DNA from: Takakia lepidozioides
Lineage: Eukaryota > Plantae > Bryophyta
Assembly: GCA_030704615.1 (NCBI GenBank)
Contig: CM060731.1
Location: forward strand, 64,542,001-64,606,000
Length of the DNA: 64,000 nucleotides
Direction of reading: 5' to 3'
Shown here: one piece after another, positions 62,001 through 64,000 of the stretch
How positions within the stretch are numbered: position 1 is the first letter of the stretch
How the letters are laid out: every line of letters starts with the position of its first letter
Translations under genes and position numbers: made by a program
The notes under the pieces: model-generated
The model's input: only the letters and a program-made list of their open reading frames with translations
The model's database searches: none
Told to the model about the DNA's origin: nothing

Positions 62001-64000
62001 GTAAATTCCAAAGCATTACATTGCTTGTGCCGATTGGCAGACATGTTTAAAAAATGAAAGCATACTTTGCAGCTGCGAGATCTCTACCGATCTTCGAAGG
62101 CAGGTTACCTAGACTGCTGCTGTCTCTTCCTCGTCTATTTCCACTAGTGACTTTGGTACTGAGGTACAAGGAGAGCTGCTAACCGAGGAAATAACATGCA
62201 CTAACCTTTAATGGAATGAGAGGAAGGAAACTTGTGGGAAATTCCCGTGCAAAGTAAAATGGCGGCGGTCGTTCTGGATCCGCAATGACGCCTTTGGGAG
62301 CCGCTAAAGGACATCCTTCAATCCAAGTGATGTCGTGTATGGTGGGCGCCACGTCCAATTGCCCGTTGGTGATCAATTTAATGATTAGTGCTGCCTCATT
62401 CTCACTTCGACTGCTGTAAAATCTGGGTGGACAAATGTAGGTGATAGTAGTGCTCAGGTGAGGTAGGCGTTCCTCTACCTCCAAATAATCTTCTAACCCA
62501 CACCCAAACAGCCAACACATCCAGTCAAATGGAAGATCAATAAAACTCTTTTTGCTCAAATAGGAGGTGGCCTCCCCAGACCTTCGAATAGTGGGAAGAG
62601 GACGATGGAAATCGATGCCTTCATCCGCGATGGTGCGACACAAAGGGCAACACCCTAAATACGCCACTTGCCAGGCGAGATGTGCCTCTAGCGAGGATTG
62701 CACATTGAGATTCCCTAAGAAGGGAGGTTGGCAGTACCCGGGCCAACGTTATATTAAACCTGAAAAAAGAAGAGATGGGGGCAGTGAGAGCCTTGTCCCC
62801 CAATGGCCGAAATCCAGTACCCTCGGTACTCTTCAGCGATGTCCAGTATGCGGCCGCGCATCAACCTGCAAACTACGATTGCATCTTCGGTTCGCACTTT
62901 GCCGGATCGGGTGCCGGAAATAACACGGTAAAGACCCACCACGCGTGCCTCAAAGGACAAGTAAAAACGATGGGCTTCCATATGATCGGGAAAACTCTTT
63001 GAAGAAGCAGTTCCTCCAAGCAGTGGCCTTCCACTGTCTCAAGTAATCATCCATAGTGTCATTGGGCACGACCATCGTAATTTTGTAATCATGAAGCTGT
63101 TTCTCCAGCACCTTGTTTGCACGAGCTTCAATTTGCAGGGAGACATATGCCTGGGTTAGAGTCCATGCTTGGGAAGATATTTCCAAAATTTCAAGCAAAG
63201 AAAGTCCGAAAGAATACCTTGCTCCAGTAGGTGGCTTTTGTGCAGCCATGTATCGAAAACTTGGTCGCTGAAGGGTTTGATGTGCCCAGTGTTCTCATCT
63301 CTTTCATCCCTAGGGAAGCAGTATGTATCCTTTACAGTTGGGTCGGAATTCCAAATCTCCAACCATTTCACTTTCTGGTCTGCTTCCACCGCTGCAGCTG
63401 ACAACTGGTGAAGCTTCTTCAGGGATGCCTCGGCGTGAGCCTGGTCACGTGAGCGCGTGAGCGCGACTGCGCTCACGCCACGTCACCTTGCGCAAATGCC
63501 ACGTCACGGGTCTCAGTCCACGTCATCACACGTGGAGGCCGAGTCACCACGCACCCAGAAAGAAGTGGAGTGTATTCCCGCGGATTGGCACCCTTTACCG
63601 CGGAAACAAGCTGGACGACATAATAAAAGGCATTGAATAAATGATGGATGAATGTACAGTTGGATGATAAACAGATGGATGAGTTTGAAAAATCTATGTA
63701 GATGGATGAATGACGGATGGATAAGAGTAAAATGGATGAATGTATAATGGATGTTGAGCAATGACAAAAATTCATGACAGGAAGATGCATGACCAAATCT
63801 TTTGACGAATGCACAAAGTATATGAAATGAGTGTGGAAGGTTTGTGGGGTGGATTAAAGAGTACAGAGGATGAATGTACAATGGATGTTGTACAAAGGAA
63901 GCTTTCATGAATGGAGCACGCATGAATACAGTGTAGATGAATGCACAATGGATATGAGAAGAGTCAGGAAGGTTTGTGAGATGGATTCATACATATAGCA
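59050..64000 (-). mobile_element. Second Gypsy-type element: frameshifted gag with Zn knuckles, upstream extra ORFs, no pol in the window; probable LTR runs off the window end
   Basis: LPWFSGEAHENPEYHVKT, LARIRQGPTEEVADF..F..L, FLSGLR, CSNCDSPGHAAQHC, CKKCGRTTHPTEDC, CLHCGQRGHPLERC. GGATGAAT-rich repeats lie at 63630-64000, and three gccccgca-headed repeats at 59078-59320. Confidence 0.85.

Overview
This is eukaryotic nuclear DNA with GT-AG introns, most likely from a non-flowering land plant (bryophyte-like). The assignment is inferred from an intact nuclear murJ gene and from the transposon types. Three genes look intact: a 5-exon oxalate--CoA ligase (AAE3-like, 12158-14965 +), a 20-exon cyanobacterial-type lipid II flippase MurJ/MviN with a putative plastid transit peptide (33261-25263 -), and an intronless F-box gene (38580-39686 +). 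A small secreted acidic protein (835-467 -) is probable. Around these genes lies a heavily rearranged landscape. It includes an inverted pair of F-box pseudogenes bracketing murJ, a tandem pair of disrupted F-box/LRR genes, and a decayed copy of one murJ exon. It also holds a RING-H2 pseudogene, a SWIM-finger remnant, an ISU1/IscU pseudogene with exons on opposite strands, and a ParB/Srx-like (DGNHR) exon remnant. Mobile elements include a tRNA-derived SINE, several LINE fragments (RTE/RTEX-like and L1-like), and about 15 kb of Ty3/Gypsy material from 48.5 kb to the end. The 48.5-58 kb block reconstructs as one circularly permuted, single-LTR Gypsy element with a 4.6-kb internal inversion. All calls come from manual reading and translation; no database searches were run.
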